Assembly (NCBI RefSeq): GCF_964355755.1
Contig: NC_092678.1
Span: forward strand, 8,324,422-8,388,421
Direction: 5' to 3'
DNA length: 64,000 bases
Source: Antedon mediterranea
Taxonomy: Eukaryota; Animalia; Echinodermata
How positions within the stretch are numbered: the stretch's first letter is position 1; every line of letters begins with the position of its first letter. The position numbers were made by a program, and so were the translations under genes. This document shows positions 25,312 through 39,100 of the stretch, piece after piece. The notes below the pieces were generated by a model. That model saw only the letters and a list, made by a program, of their open reading frames with translations. It was not told where the DNA came from and made no database searches.

Positions 25312-28300
25312 TTATGTAAATGATTTGTTTGATGCTTTGGTATCTATAAATATTTTCATTGGTGGTATTGGTTTAATTTTTCGTCCAGCCCATCCTCCTT
25401 TCCTCTGCCACCATCCACTAGCTGGTCTCCACCCAAGCCAACGATTACGACCAGCTTTACCTGAAATGGCCAATAAAAACATTACCATTAGTGCTACGTA
25501 GTGTAGATTCGCCTTTTTTGGGGAGTTGGGCTAGTGATAATATTCTGCCCATTCCATAACACACCTACTGTATTTACCTTCGCCAAGGAAGTATACTGTA
25601 CATGTAATCGATCGCGTGTGTTTGTTTGTCTGTTTGTTTGTTTGTTAGCAGGATTACTCAAAAAGATCTTTACCAAAATGAATGTACAGATAGATATGTG
25701 ATCAAGGACCATTCCATTAAATTTTGGGACCATTTCGGACCACGGTCCCAATTCTGGACCACTTTTTAATATACTTTTCAGACCTGCTAGTGTTGAAAGA
25801 TAGGACAAAATTTTTCAAAGCCGGCGAGCAGTCTTAAAGTAACAAGTAAACTGTAATTGCATTTTCTCGAAAACTACTCATCCAAAAAACTTCATTTTTG
25901 TACATGAGGCAAGAATAATAATTTCTGATTCGTAATTTTAAAACATAATTTGATTTGATGTGCACGTTTTTTGATGCGAGTAGTTTAAAAAAACCTATTT
26001 TCAAATTCACTCGTTTGATTTTCGCGTTGCTGTTCTATTGTTAGTCTATCTGAAGCTATTGTTAATTGAAAGGCTGGTTACAATACACATGCTTGTAGTG
26101 AAATTAGCCTAAATCAGAAACAGCATTAAGACACACACAAATATATATATATATTTTTTTTTACCGGAGAAATCTTATGTAGGAGAATTTTACAGTAGGT
26201 GGAGGTATGCACTCTAGGAGTGCCTTTCTAGTTTTATATTAAGTTATTAGATTCATAAAAAAAACCATCATCCTCTTCACTTCAAATCTTTTCAAACACG
26301 CTTACCAAACCTGCATGTACAGGTTCGGCAGACTATGTGAGGGGGGCTGTTGCTTGTGTCTCGAAATAACTGTCGCGCTCTGTTAATTACAGTCCCTTTG
26401 TTTACTGTCCCGATAGCTCCCTAATACAATGCATGGCATATGATAAAAAATTCAAATGGCAAGGATACACTGTAGGACTGTGTGTTTATAAAGTAAACAA
26501 TATCTGGTACTGTATGTGTACAGGTTTAATATTTTTTAATGCATGATGGGCAATGTATTATTAGTATATATAAAATATGATTTTATTCCCCCCTCCCCCA
26601 AATATTTTACATACCTATTACACGCTGGTTGTGGTTTTCGTTAGAGAGCCTTCCTACAGTTGCCATACACTTGTCACTTACACTTATCTGACGTTTTGAA
26701 GGCATCTTCAAGATAGCTTGACCTCCGACCTTTCGTAGCAGCGTTAAAGACGTACCAGCAGATCTTCCATACGTTCCACCACTTCCTGGGAGGGTCTCTA
26801 CACAGTGGACTTGTGCATTAATTGGTAATGCAGCTAGTGGATATGCATCTCCCTCGTTAGCCATAACTATTATTAATACAAAAAATGTTACATGAAGAGG
26901 GTGAATGTATGAAAGAATAAATTCTTTTTTTTTGCCATTAACAATAGAGTTGATTTTATGTATGCTGAGCTTCTGAGATCAAAGGGTTTATCTGTGGCTG
27001 CAACATGTTCCATGCCCCTATAACAGACACTTGATTACCGGATGATACCCCAATCAAACAAACAATGAAGGAAACTAACAGGAAAGTAAAACGACCCGTA
27101 GGAAGACCAAGAAATAACTGGATGAATCAAAGACTTACAAGGACTAGTAGACACTAACACAATAACAAACCATCCTGCCATAAACAGGAAAAAGTGGAAA
27201 CAAATTGTGGAAAGCGTAATGTCGGAAGACGGAAAACGTTAACAACAACAACAACGTATTGAACAAAACATGTTCTGATTTATTAGTTCTTTACATTTTA
27301 CAGGTCATTTTTTAAACAGATCTTAAGGAATCCCTACCCTATTGGTGGCACTTTTCACTGTTGCCTAGTTCAGACAAACCCCAAGTTGACTTTGTATATC
27401 AAGGTAATCTACCAACAGGATGCTGAGCTCCGGAGATCAATGGGTTTATCTGTGGCTGCAACATGTTCCATGCCCCTTAACAGACACTTGGCACCACAGA
27501 GTAAAAGTACATAGTACAGTACTGTGGTATTTGTCACAGTCGGACACAAGATCAAAGGACTGCTACGAGTTTCTTTCTTGGCAAGCCAAGCTCAGTGTCC
27601 TGTTGTTAAATTGCCTTGGTCTAATCGTACCTGACATTCTCCCTATTTGGCATGATGTTTTAATAATATCCCCTTCTTTCATGTTGATTGTAGCCAAAAT
27701 ATATCGCTTGTGAGTTCCCCCTGCCACCAATGCAATGCGAGCACTTCGATTAGGGTCATATAATATTTTGAGCACTCTCTCTTCTTTGACGGAACCATCC
27801 ATTGGTGGTGTTCGGTGAAAGTCTATTATTCTGAAGTTTCGTTTGTGTCCACCACCACGACCAGTTATTGTAATTTTACCTGTTTTTAAAAACAATGTAT
27901 ATATTTAGTATTATTATTATACGAGTCTAAAATACAGGAGTCTCCCGGCCAAAATGGGAGTGTTGGCGTGCATGAGTCCAAAATAATTAAAAAGAATATC
28001 TGCACACTGAAAAGTCAATAATCTGTATAACCATGAATTTTTTTGATGCAATTTGGGTTATGTTTATAGAGGAACACTTAATTCTCAAGATATTAGTCTA
28101 CAGAAACAATGTAAAATACCTAAGTGATTTCTTCCTGATGTCCTAACAAACCCAATAGGGCGTATGGTGTATTTGTTTTCAAGCCCCCTGTGCCGCCATT
28201 TTGCACTTAATGGTCTTTTCTTAGGTTCATAGATAAATTTGCCATCTCCGTAAGTTGTCCAAGATAAACTGGCACTGCTGTCACCACCAGCACTGGTGAC

Positions 28301-28582
28301 ATTGCTGCCACTAATGGCACTGCTGTCACCACCAGCACTGGTGACATTGCTGCCACTACTACTACATTGCCGGATTGATGTTAAACCAAAGAAGCAGTTT
28401 ATATCGCTCTTGCTTGACTTTATAAAATGTGTAGATGGTAATAACGTATTCAGTTTCCTTTGTGTTGTGATTAAAATTGTTTCTCTTGTGAAGTTGGCCC
28501 TGCACAACAGCCCTGCTGAGAATGTGGTACTGTTGGAAATGCTTAACTTTGTAAGACTTCGACACAAGTTAGGCAAAGACAT
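25312..28582 (-). CDS. MRPL2: Mitochondrial ribosomal protein L2 (uL2m), 4 coding exons
   Basis: Exons 28582-28120, 27879-27631, 26866-26615 and 25460-25312, all joined by phase-1 GT-AG introns. Motifs include [43 protein letters not shown] and [26 protein letters not shown]. Confidence 0.93.
25573..26231 (+). mobile_element. HINE/DINE-1-like element, family A copy 2 (MRPL2 intron)
   Basis: Head TTTACCTTCGCCAAGGAAGTAT, then a (TTTG)n microsatellite, then 3' GGTGGAGGTATG-CACTCTAGGAGTG-CCTTTCTAG|TT. Confidence 0.7.
27035..27255 (+). mobile_element. RTE-like LINE 3' end fragment
   Basis: Translates as [25 protein letters not shown]...[11 protein letters not shown] and ends in a (CAA)n tail. 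Confidence 0.6.
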
Positions 28583-30110
28583 ACTGTAAATTCCTCATTT
28601 AATCTAAAAAGTAAAAAAAAAAGATTATTTAATATTAATAAGCCTATTATTATGCCATAGAGTAGTAGTACAGTACTAGTAGGACTAATAAGTAGGCCCT
28701 AGCTAGGTAGGCTAATACGGCTAGTAAGGTAATCAAACAACAGGGCACTACATCTACCCGATTACAATCATTTGAAGTTTCAAACGGAACGGTTTGGCGC
28801 CGATACGATTATGCCCCGCCCTACACCTTTAATTGCTATGAGGCATAGGTAACGATACAGGAGTTGCATCTACGACTAGGCGTAAACGTTACGTAGCCAC
28901 TGCGTAAAAAAAATTCAATGTATGGTGTACATAACATAGCCTAGAATTCAAGGGCTGTGTATGATCACAGATCAACAAAGTATGATACGATAGCCTATCT
29001 CAAGCTAGCTCAGCATCCTGCATCCTGCACTGCAGATGCCATTGATTAATGCATGTATGTTTCCACAATACTCACTGTGCATGATTAAAATGCTAGCTAG
29101 GCCTAGGCCCACTGGCATATGACCGTTTCGGCCACAACATATTTCTATGGTGCTCCATTCACACATATATTAGACCGTGCTATTGTTTTTGCTATTATTA
29201 GATTAGTTATCGCATCTCATATATAGTATTTTTATGACTATTACTACACATTATTACAGTGAATATCATTCTTAACGTTATTCCACTACAATTTGCATAT
29301 TAGATTTGTTGTTTCCAGTTTAGTTGTATCATGGAGTAAATTGTATTTTATTAGTTTGCTTGACGTCTTGGCGAAAAACAAATTCAACTGTCAGTGTCAG
29401 TGACACAGTTAAATACTCTCTTTTATTTAGTACAGACGTATATTAATAGTTTGACTATAGTATGAAAGAAGAAATACTAAGAAAAAAAAGAAGAAATTTA
29501 ATTAAAAAGTTTTTCCTTCCATTGCTTAGGTGACCTAAGGAACAAAAAGGAATATCAGGAACTACTACTAATAGCTAGGCCTAGGCCTAGTAAGTAGTAA
29601 ACTCTCTAAAACGGGATAAAACTAGGCTAGCCCTAGCTAGCCTACTACAGTACTAGTAGGCTAGCTAGCTAGGCCTACCTAAAATCTTTCTACTACCACA
29701 ACAAAGGTGGGGGCCTACTATCTACAGGTCTACTAGGTAGGCCTTCTATAGGCCTAGCCTATTACATAAAATTAAACATTATTAAGTTTAGGTAAATGCA
29801 CTGACACCTACTGTATGGAAACCCCTTCTAAACAGAAAGCCTTTCAGTAGAGGCTAGGCCTAACACCTTTTGCAAAAATAAAAACACATGGATGATGTCG
29901 AGCGAAATGATCGACTGCTGCCCTCTTTCTAAGATCTTTGATAAAATCAAAGATCTTTTATTATACTTTTTGATAAAATCGTTTAAACTATTGAGGAGGC
30001 AATACAGCCAGCGTGTTGGAAACGTTTGTTTTTGCGTCCGTACGAAGTAGGCCTACAGAGTATATATAAAGTCATTTATTTACTATTTTATTGATTTAAG
30101 ACGTACAATT

Positions 30111-33100
30111 ATGGCATCTGCAATAGAGAATTATGTTAACCGTATCCTTTGTAGACATTATTTTTAAATCTAGTCATTGGTAAGCCTAATTAGTAGGCTA
30201 GTTTTCATTAGCCAGCCAGCCAGGGCCGGTTAACCCCAGGCCAGGGCCTGGTCCAGCCATCATCATGTCGATCGCGACCTGACGAAACTAGGCTAGGCCT
30301 AGAGAGGTAGGCCAGTAAGTAGGACTACTAGCGGGACTATTCAGAACCCTTTATTAAGATTTTCGAATATGGATTTTATTTAAAAGTAAAAACGCTTAAA
30401 AAAATAAGTGTTATTTTTCTTTTTTTTTATTAAACATAGGGCCATAGGCCTAGCCTAGTAGCCTAGCCTAGTTATTTTAATATTACTCTAGAAGAGAGAC
30501 TCAGACAGGGGCCTAGCCTGCTAGGAAGGAGGGACTCCGGAGGGCCAGCCTATCCTTATAGCCTAATTAACACATTTTATGTTTGGTTTTGATGTTTCAT
30601 TTTCAGAGAAACTGTGTGTGGGGATAGGCCTTGTTATTAGTTATCCGCTTGGTATACCAAGCGGATAACTCCTTGTTATTGTATGAGATCAACAGTTTTT
30701 TTCTGTATTATTAGTTATCCGCTTAGTAGCGGATAACTCCTTGTAATCGTCCTGTTACTTTTTTTGGTTATCCGCACTTGGCGGATAACCCCTTGTTATT
30801 GTAAGGATCTTTTTTTTTTTTTAGTTATCCGCTTAGTAGCGGATAACTCCTTGTAATTGTCCTGTTACTTTTTTTTTTTTTTTTTTTTTTAGTTATCCGC
30901 TTAGTAGCGGATAACTTCTTGTAATCGTCCTGTTACTTTTTTTTTTTTTTTTTCTTATTTCTTTCTCCTCCATTTTTGTGCCTCACGTATCTCAAAAACT
31001 TGTAAACTAAACATTTCATAACTTTGTCAACATATGGGCATTTACGTGAAGTTGTGCACCTCCTATTTTTGAATGACGTCAGAGTTGCGCAACGTGACTT
31101 ACGTGCGATTTTATGATTTTTTATGATTGATCATAGACTAAAAACCAAGCATAAATTTGTTTTGACACTTTGTGAAAATTTAAGTCATATCAAGGGCAAA
31201 CTTTTTGTGGATTAAAAATGCCATGTTTTACAAGACGTTACGCGCGCACGCGCATTTCTCCTCTCTTTTTGTATCTCGCGTATCTCAAAAACGTGTAAAC
31301 ATAACATTTCATAACTTTGTCAACATATGGGCATTCACGTGAAGTTGTGCACCTCCTATTGTGAATGACGTCAGAAATGCGCAACGTGACTTACGCACGA
31401 TTTTATGAATTTCGCGTATTTAACATAGATTTAAAACCATATACCGTATTTTCCGGAGTATAGGTCGAGACTTTGTGGGAAAATTTTAATTGCAAAATCG
31501 GGGGGTCGACTTATACTCCGACCATGCGATTTTTGAAAAAAATCAAGCCGAAAAAATTCGTTCAAAAGCCGTCAGCTGTCAAGGCCTAGCAAGGTCAGTG
31601 GCCTATCATCAATCACTCACAGGAGTTTTCAATTTAATAATACCTACATTGTACAAAATAATACAACTCCAACAAGTACTGGTACAAGTACTATTAATAT
31701 ATAACAAAGATTAATTTTGATGTTTATATTACGCTTTTATTAAAATAATTAAGAATAAATAGTTTTCGTTTGTGTTTCATATGCTTCGTATTCACTCGCG
31801 AAAACATCGTAACACACACCACAAAACGAACTACACGATGTTGGAATGTCCATGCAGCATGTTTGTTATTGCGCGATATTTTCATCTATACACATGCGCA
31901 GTTTGTTTGTTTGTTCGTAATTACAATTACTGCGCATGTCTATTCATAAAATAAATTCTCCTCAGTCCGGCGCGTGTACATTTACAGATAACGCGATTTA
32001 CAACTACTCGCCTGTACAATTAATAAGCCTCCTAACGAAAAACTCGTTTTAATTTATTCGAGTGACGCGAAAAAACATCGCTGATGGCAAGTACTGTAAC
32101 GCTACATCGCTGTCATTTATTATAGGCTGGCGAAGACGGCGGCGAAGCCGTTGTGATTACGTCCGTCCGATATTGATTAGGCCTACACTTTAATAATTGT
32201 ATAAACAAACAACCACATTTCATACATTTCTAGCCTTCTTTGAACTTTAAAGTAAGTTGTGTTATTAGCCGATTTTGGGGGTCGACTTATATTCAGGTCA
32301 TACCAAAATCAACGATATTCTAGGTCAAAGTTGGGGGTCGACTTATACTTGGGGTCGACCTATACTCCGGAAAATACGGTAACAATTTAAATTGAAACTT
32401 AGCAAAATTTTAATTTATATCATGCGCTAACTTTCTGTGGAAAAAAAATTGCGTGTTTTACACAAAGTTACGCGCGCACGCGCATTTAAAATTCAAAATG
32501 CGCAAAATTAATCTTTAATCAACTTTCTACGCTGATTATGACATTTTGACCATGTCAAAATTTCCCACGTGCGCGAACAATTTTATGCGCGTGGTGCGCA
32601 CGTAGCGCTAAAAGTATTTTTTTTTTATTGAATTATGTTTTTCCAGCCTTTTATAGTAATTTTACCAATTTTAAAACAATTTCGACTTACAATTACGTCA
32701 TACGGGCACGTTGAATTGGATACTTTACGTGCGTTTTTGATGAAAAAGTTAAAAAATTTGTCAAAATTATGCCTTTTTTTAAACAGTCATAGATTCTAAA
32801 CAACGAGGTGAACTTTTTTTTAATTACATATTCTGGAAGTTGATGAGTTGTAGAAATCGGATCATGAATCAATATGGCTAACCGGACATTGTGACGTCAT
32901 CGTATGGCCACACGAATGTAAAATATAGGATTTTTGTCTCTTTCGTTATTGCTCATCATATTCAATGGAGCGCATTACGCCTATCTGTATTCCTTTTTCT
33001 CTGAGATTTTAATATTGTCTAGGTCAATCAACTATCTTACGCATGAGTTAAAAATATTTTAATTTTTATGACGTCACCATGCCTAAAAATTTTAATTAAC

Positions 33101-36100
33101 AGCGTCATTAATTTCATCTTTACAGTAAATTTTAATCTGTTATAGCTCGTAAGAATAAAATGTGATAATCACGATTAAAACGTTTTCAGGAAGCTATGGG
33201 ATTGTAGATACGAAATCACGTGAACTTTTCGCCAATCAGATGTTGTGACGTCATCATATGGCCAGTTAAATAAACAAAGTCATATTTTCATCTTTTGCGT
33301 CATAGTTCATTACATTTAAAAAAGCGCGCATTAATATTTCACGTATTCTAATTTCTTCTAAACGTTAATATGTTGTTGCTGAGATAATTTTCTTCCGAAA
33401 TTACTACTGTACCTTCGCGTTTCCTTTTGAAAATTAAAATAAAATACGGGTCCCGTAATTTCACCTATTTTACACTGTTTGTGACATGTATACAGATTAT
33501 ACTGTGTATACTATATGACAGAAAATATACAGCATTCAGCACTAACAACATATCATATTCTTCAGTTCAGGTCATAATGACATAATCTTTTTCGGTGTGC
33601 AATGCAATATTCCAACGTATGACGTGCACGTGGCGTTTGTCGTGCGGATAACTAACTCGTCAAAGTGACGAGTTTCATGTCTAGTTTTTTCTTATTTCTT
33701 TCTCCCTCATTTTTGTGCCTCACGTATCTCAAAAACTTGTAAACATAACATTTCATAACTTTGTCAACATATGGGCATTTACGTGAAGTTGTGCACCTCC
33801 TATTTTTGAATGACGTCAGAGTTGCGCAACGTGACTTACGTGCGATTTTATGATTTTTTATGATTGATCATAGACTAAAAACCAAGCATAAATTTGTTTT
33901 GACACTTTGTGAAAATTTAAGTCATATCAAGGGCAAACTTTTTGTGGATTAAAAATGCCATGTTTTACAAGACGTTACGCGCGCACGCGCATTTCTCCTC
34001 TATTTTTGTATCTCGCGTATCTCAAAAACGTGTAAACATAACATTTCATAACTTTGTCAACATATGGGCATTCACGTGAAGTTGTGCACCTCCTATTGTG
34101 AATGACGTCAGAAATGCGCAACGTGACTTACGCACGATTTTATGAATTTCGCGTTTTTAACATAGATTTAAAACCATATAACAATTTAAATTGAAACTTA
34201 GCAAAAGTTTAATTTATATCATGCGCTAACTTTCTGTGGAAAAAAAATTGCGTGTTTTACACAAAGTTACGCGCGCACGCGCATTTAAAATTCATAATGC
34301 GCAAAATTAATTTTTAATCAACTTTCTACGCTGATCATGATATTTTGACCATGTCAAAATTTCCCACGCGTGCGAACAATTTTATGCGCGTGGTGCGCAC
34401 GTAGCGCTAAAAGTATTTTTTTTTTATTGAATTATGTTTTTCCAGCCTTTTATAGTAATTTTACCAATTTTAAAACAATTTCGACTTACAATTACGTCAT
34501 ACGGGCACGTTGAATTGGATACTTTACGTGCGTTTTTGATGAAAAAGTTAAAAAATTTGTCAAAATTATGCCTTTTTTTAAACAGTCATAGATTCTAAAC
34601 AACGAGGTGAACTTTTTTTTAATTACATATTCTGGAAGTTGATGAGTTGTAGAAATCGGATCATGAATCAATATGGCTAACCGGACATTGTGACGTCATC
34701 GTATGGCCACACGAATGTAAAATATAGGATTTTTGTCTCTTTCGTCATAGCTCATCACATTTAATAGAGCGCATCTCCACTTATTCGTTGTCCATTTTCA
34801 CCCCGATTTTAATATATTCTAGGTCAATCAACTATCTTTTGCATGAATTAAAATTGTTTAAATTTTTTTAACGTCATCATGCCTAAAAATTTAAATTACG
34901 TTGGTCATTAATTTCATCTTTACAGTAAATTTTAATCTGTTATAGCTCGTAAGAATAAAATGTGATAATCACGATTAAAACGTTTTCAGGAAGCTATTGT
35001 ATTGTAGATACAAAATCATGTGAAAATTGTGCCAATTGAATGTTGTGACATCATCATATGGCCAGTTAAATAAAAAAAGTTGTATTTTCATCTTTTGCGT
35101 TATATTTCATTACATTTAAAAGAGCGCGCATTAATATTTCACGTATTCAAATTTCTTCTACACGTTAATATGTTGTTGCTGAGATAATTTTATTCTGAAA
35201 TTTCTACTTTTGCATTTCATTTTGAAACCGTCAAGATGTTAAAAATTACAATAAAATACCGGTCCCGTAATTTCACCTATTTTACACTGTTTGTGATATG
35301 TATACAGATTGTACTGTGTATACTATATGACACAAAATAACAGAATTCAGAAATAACAACATATCATATTCTTCAGTTCAGGTCATAATGCCTTAATATT
35401 TTTCTGTGTGCAATATTCTAACGTATGACGTGCACGTGGCGTTTGTCGAGCGGATAACTAACTCGTCAAAGTGACGAGTTTCATGTCTAGTTTTTCTTAT
35501 TTCTTTCTCCCTCATTTTTGTGCCTCACGTATCTCAAAAACTTGTAAACATAACATTTCATAACTTTGTCAACATATGGGCATTTACGTGAAGTTGTGCA
35601 CCTCCTATTTTTGAATGACGTCAGAGTTGCGCAACGTGACTTACGTGCGATTTTATGATTTTTTATGATTGATCATAGACTAAAAACCAAGCATAAATTT
35701 GTTTTGACACTTTGTGAAAATTTAAGTCATATCAAGGGCAAACTTTTTGTGGATTAAAAATGCCATGTTTTACAAGACGTTACGCGCGCACGCGCATTTC
35801 TCCTCTATTTTTGTATCTCGCGTATCTCAAAAACGTGTAAACATAACATTTCATAACTTTGTCAACATATGGGCATTCACGTGAAGTTGTGCACCTCCTA
35901 TTGTGAATGACGTCAGAAATGCGCAACGTGACTTACGCACGATTTTATGAATTTCGCGTTTTTAACATAGATTTAAAACCATATAACAATTTAAATTGAA
36001 ACTTAGCAAAAGTTTAATTTATATCATGCGCTAACTTTCTGTGGAAAAAAAATTGCGTGTTTTACACAAAGTTACGCGCGCACGCGCATTTAAAATTCAT

Positions 36101-39100
36101 AATGCGCAAAATTAATTTTTAATCAACTTTCTACGCTGATCATGATATTTTGACCATGTCAAAATTTCCCACGCGTGCGAACAATTTTATGCGCGTGGTG
36201 CGCACGTAGCGCTAAAAGTATTTTTTTTTTTTTGAATTATGTTTTTCCAGCCTTTTATAGTAATTTTACCAATTTTAAAACAATTTCGACTTACAATTAC
36301 GTCATACGGGCACGTTGAATTGGATACTTTACGTGCGTTTTTGATGAAAAAGTTAAAAAATTTGTCAAAATTATGCCTTTTTTTAAACAGTCATAGATTC
36401 TAAACAACGAGGTGAACTTTTTTTTAATTACATATTCTGGAAGTTGATGAGTTGTAGAAATCGGATCATGAATCAATATGGCTAACCGGACATTGTGACG
36501 TCATCGTATGGCCACACGAATGTAAAATATAGGATTTTTGTCTCTTTCGTCATAGCTCATCACATTTAATAGAGCGCATCTCCACTTATTCGTTGTCCAT
36601 TTTCACCCCGATTTTAATATATTCTAGGTCAATCAACTATCTTTTGCATGAATTAAAATTGTTTAAATTTTTTTAACGTCATCATGCCTAAAAATTTAAA
36701 TTACGTTGGTCATTAATTTCATCTTTACAGTAAATTTTAATCTGTTATAGCTCGTAAGAATAAAATGTGATAATCACGATTAAAACGTTTTCAGGAAGCT
36801 ATTGTATTGTAACAATTACGTCATACGGGCACGTTGAATTGGATACTTTACGTGCGTTTTTTATGAAAAAGTTCAAAAATTCGTCAAAATTATGCCTATT
36901 TTTAAACAGTCATAGATTCTAAACTACGTGGAGAACTTTTTTTTAATTACATATTCTGGAAGTTGATGAGTTGTAGATATCGGATCATCCATTAATATGG
37001 CTAACCGGAAATTGTGACGTCATCGTATGGCCACACGAATGTAAAATATAGGATTTTTGTCTCTTTCGTTATTGCTCATCACATTTAATAGAGCACATCT
37101 CCACTTATTCGTTGTCCATTTTCACCCCGATTTTAATATAATCTTGGTCAATCAACTATCTTTTGCATGAATTAAAATGCTTTTAATTTTTTTAACGTCA
37201 TCATGCCTAAAAATTTAAATTACGTTGGTCATTAATTTCATCTTTACAGTAAATTTTAATCTGTTTTAGCTCGTAAGAATAAAATGTGATAATCACGATT
37301 AAAACGTTTTCAGGAAGCTATTGTATTGTAGATACAAAATCATGTGAACTTTTTGCCAATCAGATGTTTTGACGTCATCATATGGCCAGTTAAATAAACA
37401 AAGTCATATTTTCATCTTTTGCGTTATAGTTCATTACATTTAAAAGAGCGCGCATCAATATTTCACGTATTCAAATTTCTTCTACACGTTAATAATGTTG
37501 TTGCTGAGATAATTTCATTCTGAAATTTCTACTTTTGCATTTCATTTTGAAACCGTCAAGATGTTAAAAATTGGAATAAATAGCAGGTCCCGCAATTTCA
37601 TCTATTCTACACTGTATGTAATATGTATACAGATTGTACTGTGTATACTATATGACACAAAATAACAGAATTCAGCAATAACAACATATCATATTCTTCA
37701 GTTCAGGTCATAATGCCATAATCTTTTTCTGTGTGCAATATTCTAACGTATGACGTGCACGTGGCGTTTGTCGAGCGGATAACTAACTCGTCAAAGTGAC
37801 GAGTTTCATGTCTAGTTCTTCTTTCTTTCCCAGAATTTTGTGTCACGTGTATCTCAAATTCTTATCAACATTACATCGTATAATTTTGTCAGAAGATTGA
37901 CCTTTAACTGTAGAAGTGCAGGACATTTCGTTTTTTTACTTTAGAGTCGCGCAGCGTAAGTTACGCGCAATTTTATGAATTTCAATGATTGATCATAGAT
38001 TAAAAACCAAAAGTCATTTTATATTGACGCTTGGTGAAAATTTAAGTCATATCAAGAGCAAACTTTCTATGGATTAAAAATGGCATGTTTCACAAAAAGT
38101 TACGCGCGCACGCACGTTTAAAATTTCGGAATGCGCAAAATCAATTTCTAATCAACTTTCTACGCATTTCATGTCATTTTAAGCATGTCAAAAATTCCCA
38201 CGTGAGCGCATATTTTTACGCGCGCGGTGCGCACGTAGCGCTAAAAACCTTTTTTTTTGCGTGATTTATGTTTTTCCAGTCTTTTCTAGTAATTTGACCA
38301 ACTGTCTAACAATTTCGATTTAAAATCACGTCATACGAGCACGTCGAATTGGATAATTTGTGGGCGTTTTTGATGAAAAAGTTAAAAAATTCGCCAAAAT
38401 TAAGCCTTTTTTTAAACAGTCATAGATTCTAAACTACACGGTGAACTTTTTTTTAATTACATATTCTGGAGGTTGATGAGTTGTAGATATCGGATCATGG
38501 ATCAATATGGCTAACTGGACATTGTGACGTCATCATATGGCCACTCGAATATAAAATATAGGATTTTTGTCTTTTTCGTCATAGCTCATAACATTTAATT
38601 GAGCGCATCTGCACTTATCCTTATTCCATTTCCCTCCGTTTTTTATAATGTCTTGGTCAATCAATTATCTTTCGCATGATTTAACATTTTTTAAATTGTG
38701 ATGACGTCATCATGATTAAAAGCGTGCATAACGTGGGTCACTTATTTTCATCATTACAGTAAATTTCAATCTGTTATAGCTCGTTAGAATAAAAAGTGAT
38801 AATCATGATTAATACGTTTTCTGGAAGCTATTTGATTGTAGATACGAATTCATGTGAATATTTTGCCAATCAGATGTTGTGACGTCATCATATGGCTAGT
38901 TGAGTTCAAAAAGTGGTATTTTCATCTCTTGCGTAAAAGTTCATTGCGTTTAAACGAGAGCGCATCTCAATTTTACGTGCCCAAAATTCTTCAAATTTGC
39001 AATAATGTAATTATTTAGATAATTATCTTCTAAAATTGTTATCTTTATATGTCAATTTGATGACGTCATTGTGTTAATAATTGGATTTAAAAGATGGGTC

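Noticed and set aside
30637-30920. CRISPR-like array of palindromic repeats
   Set aside because: The context is eukaryotic, there are no cas genes, and the spacers are related to each other. Stacked element heads explain it.
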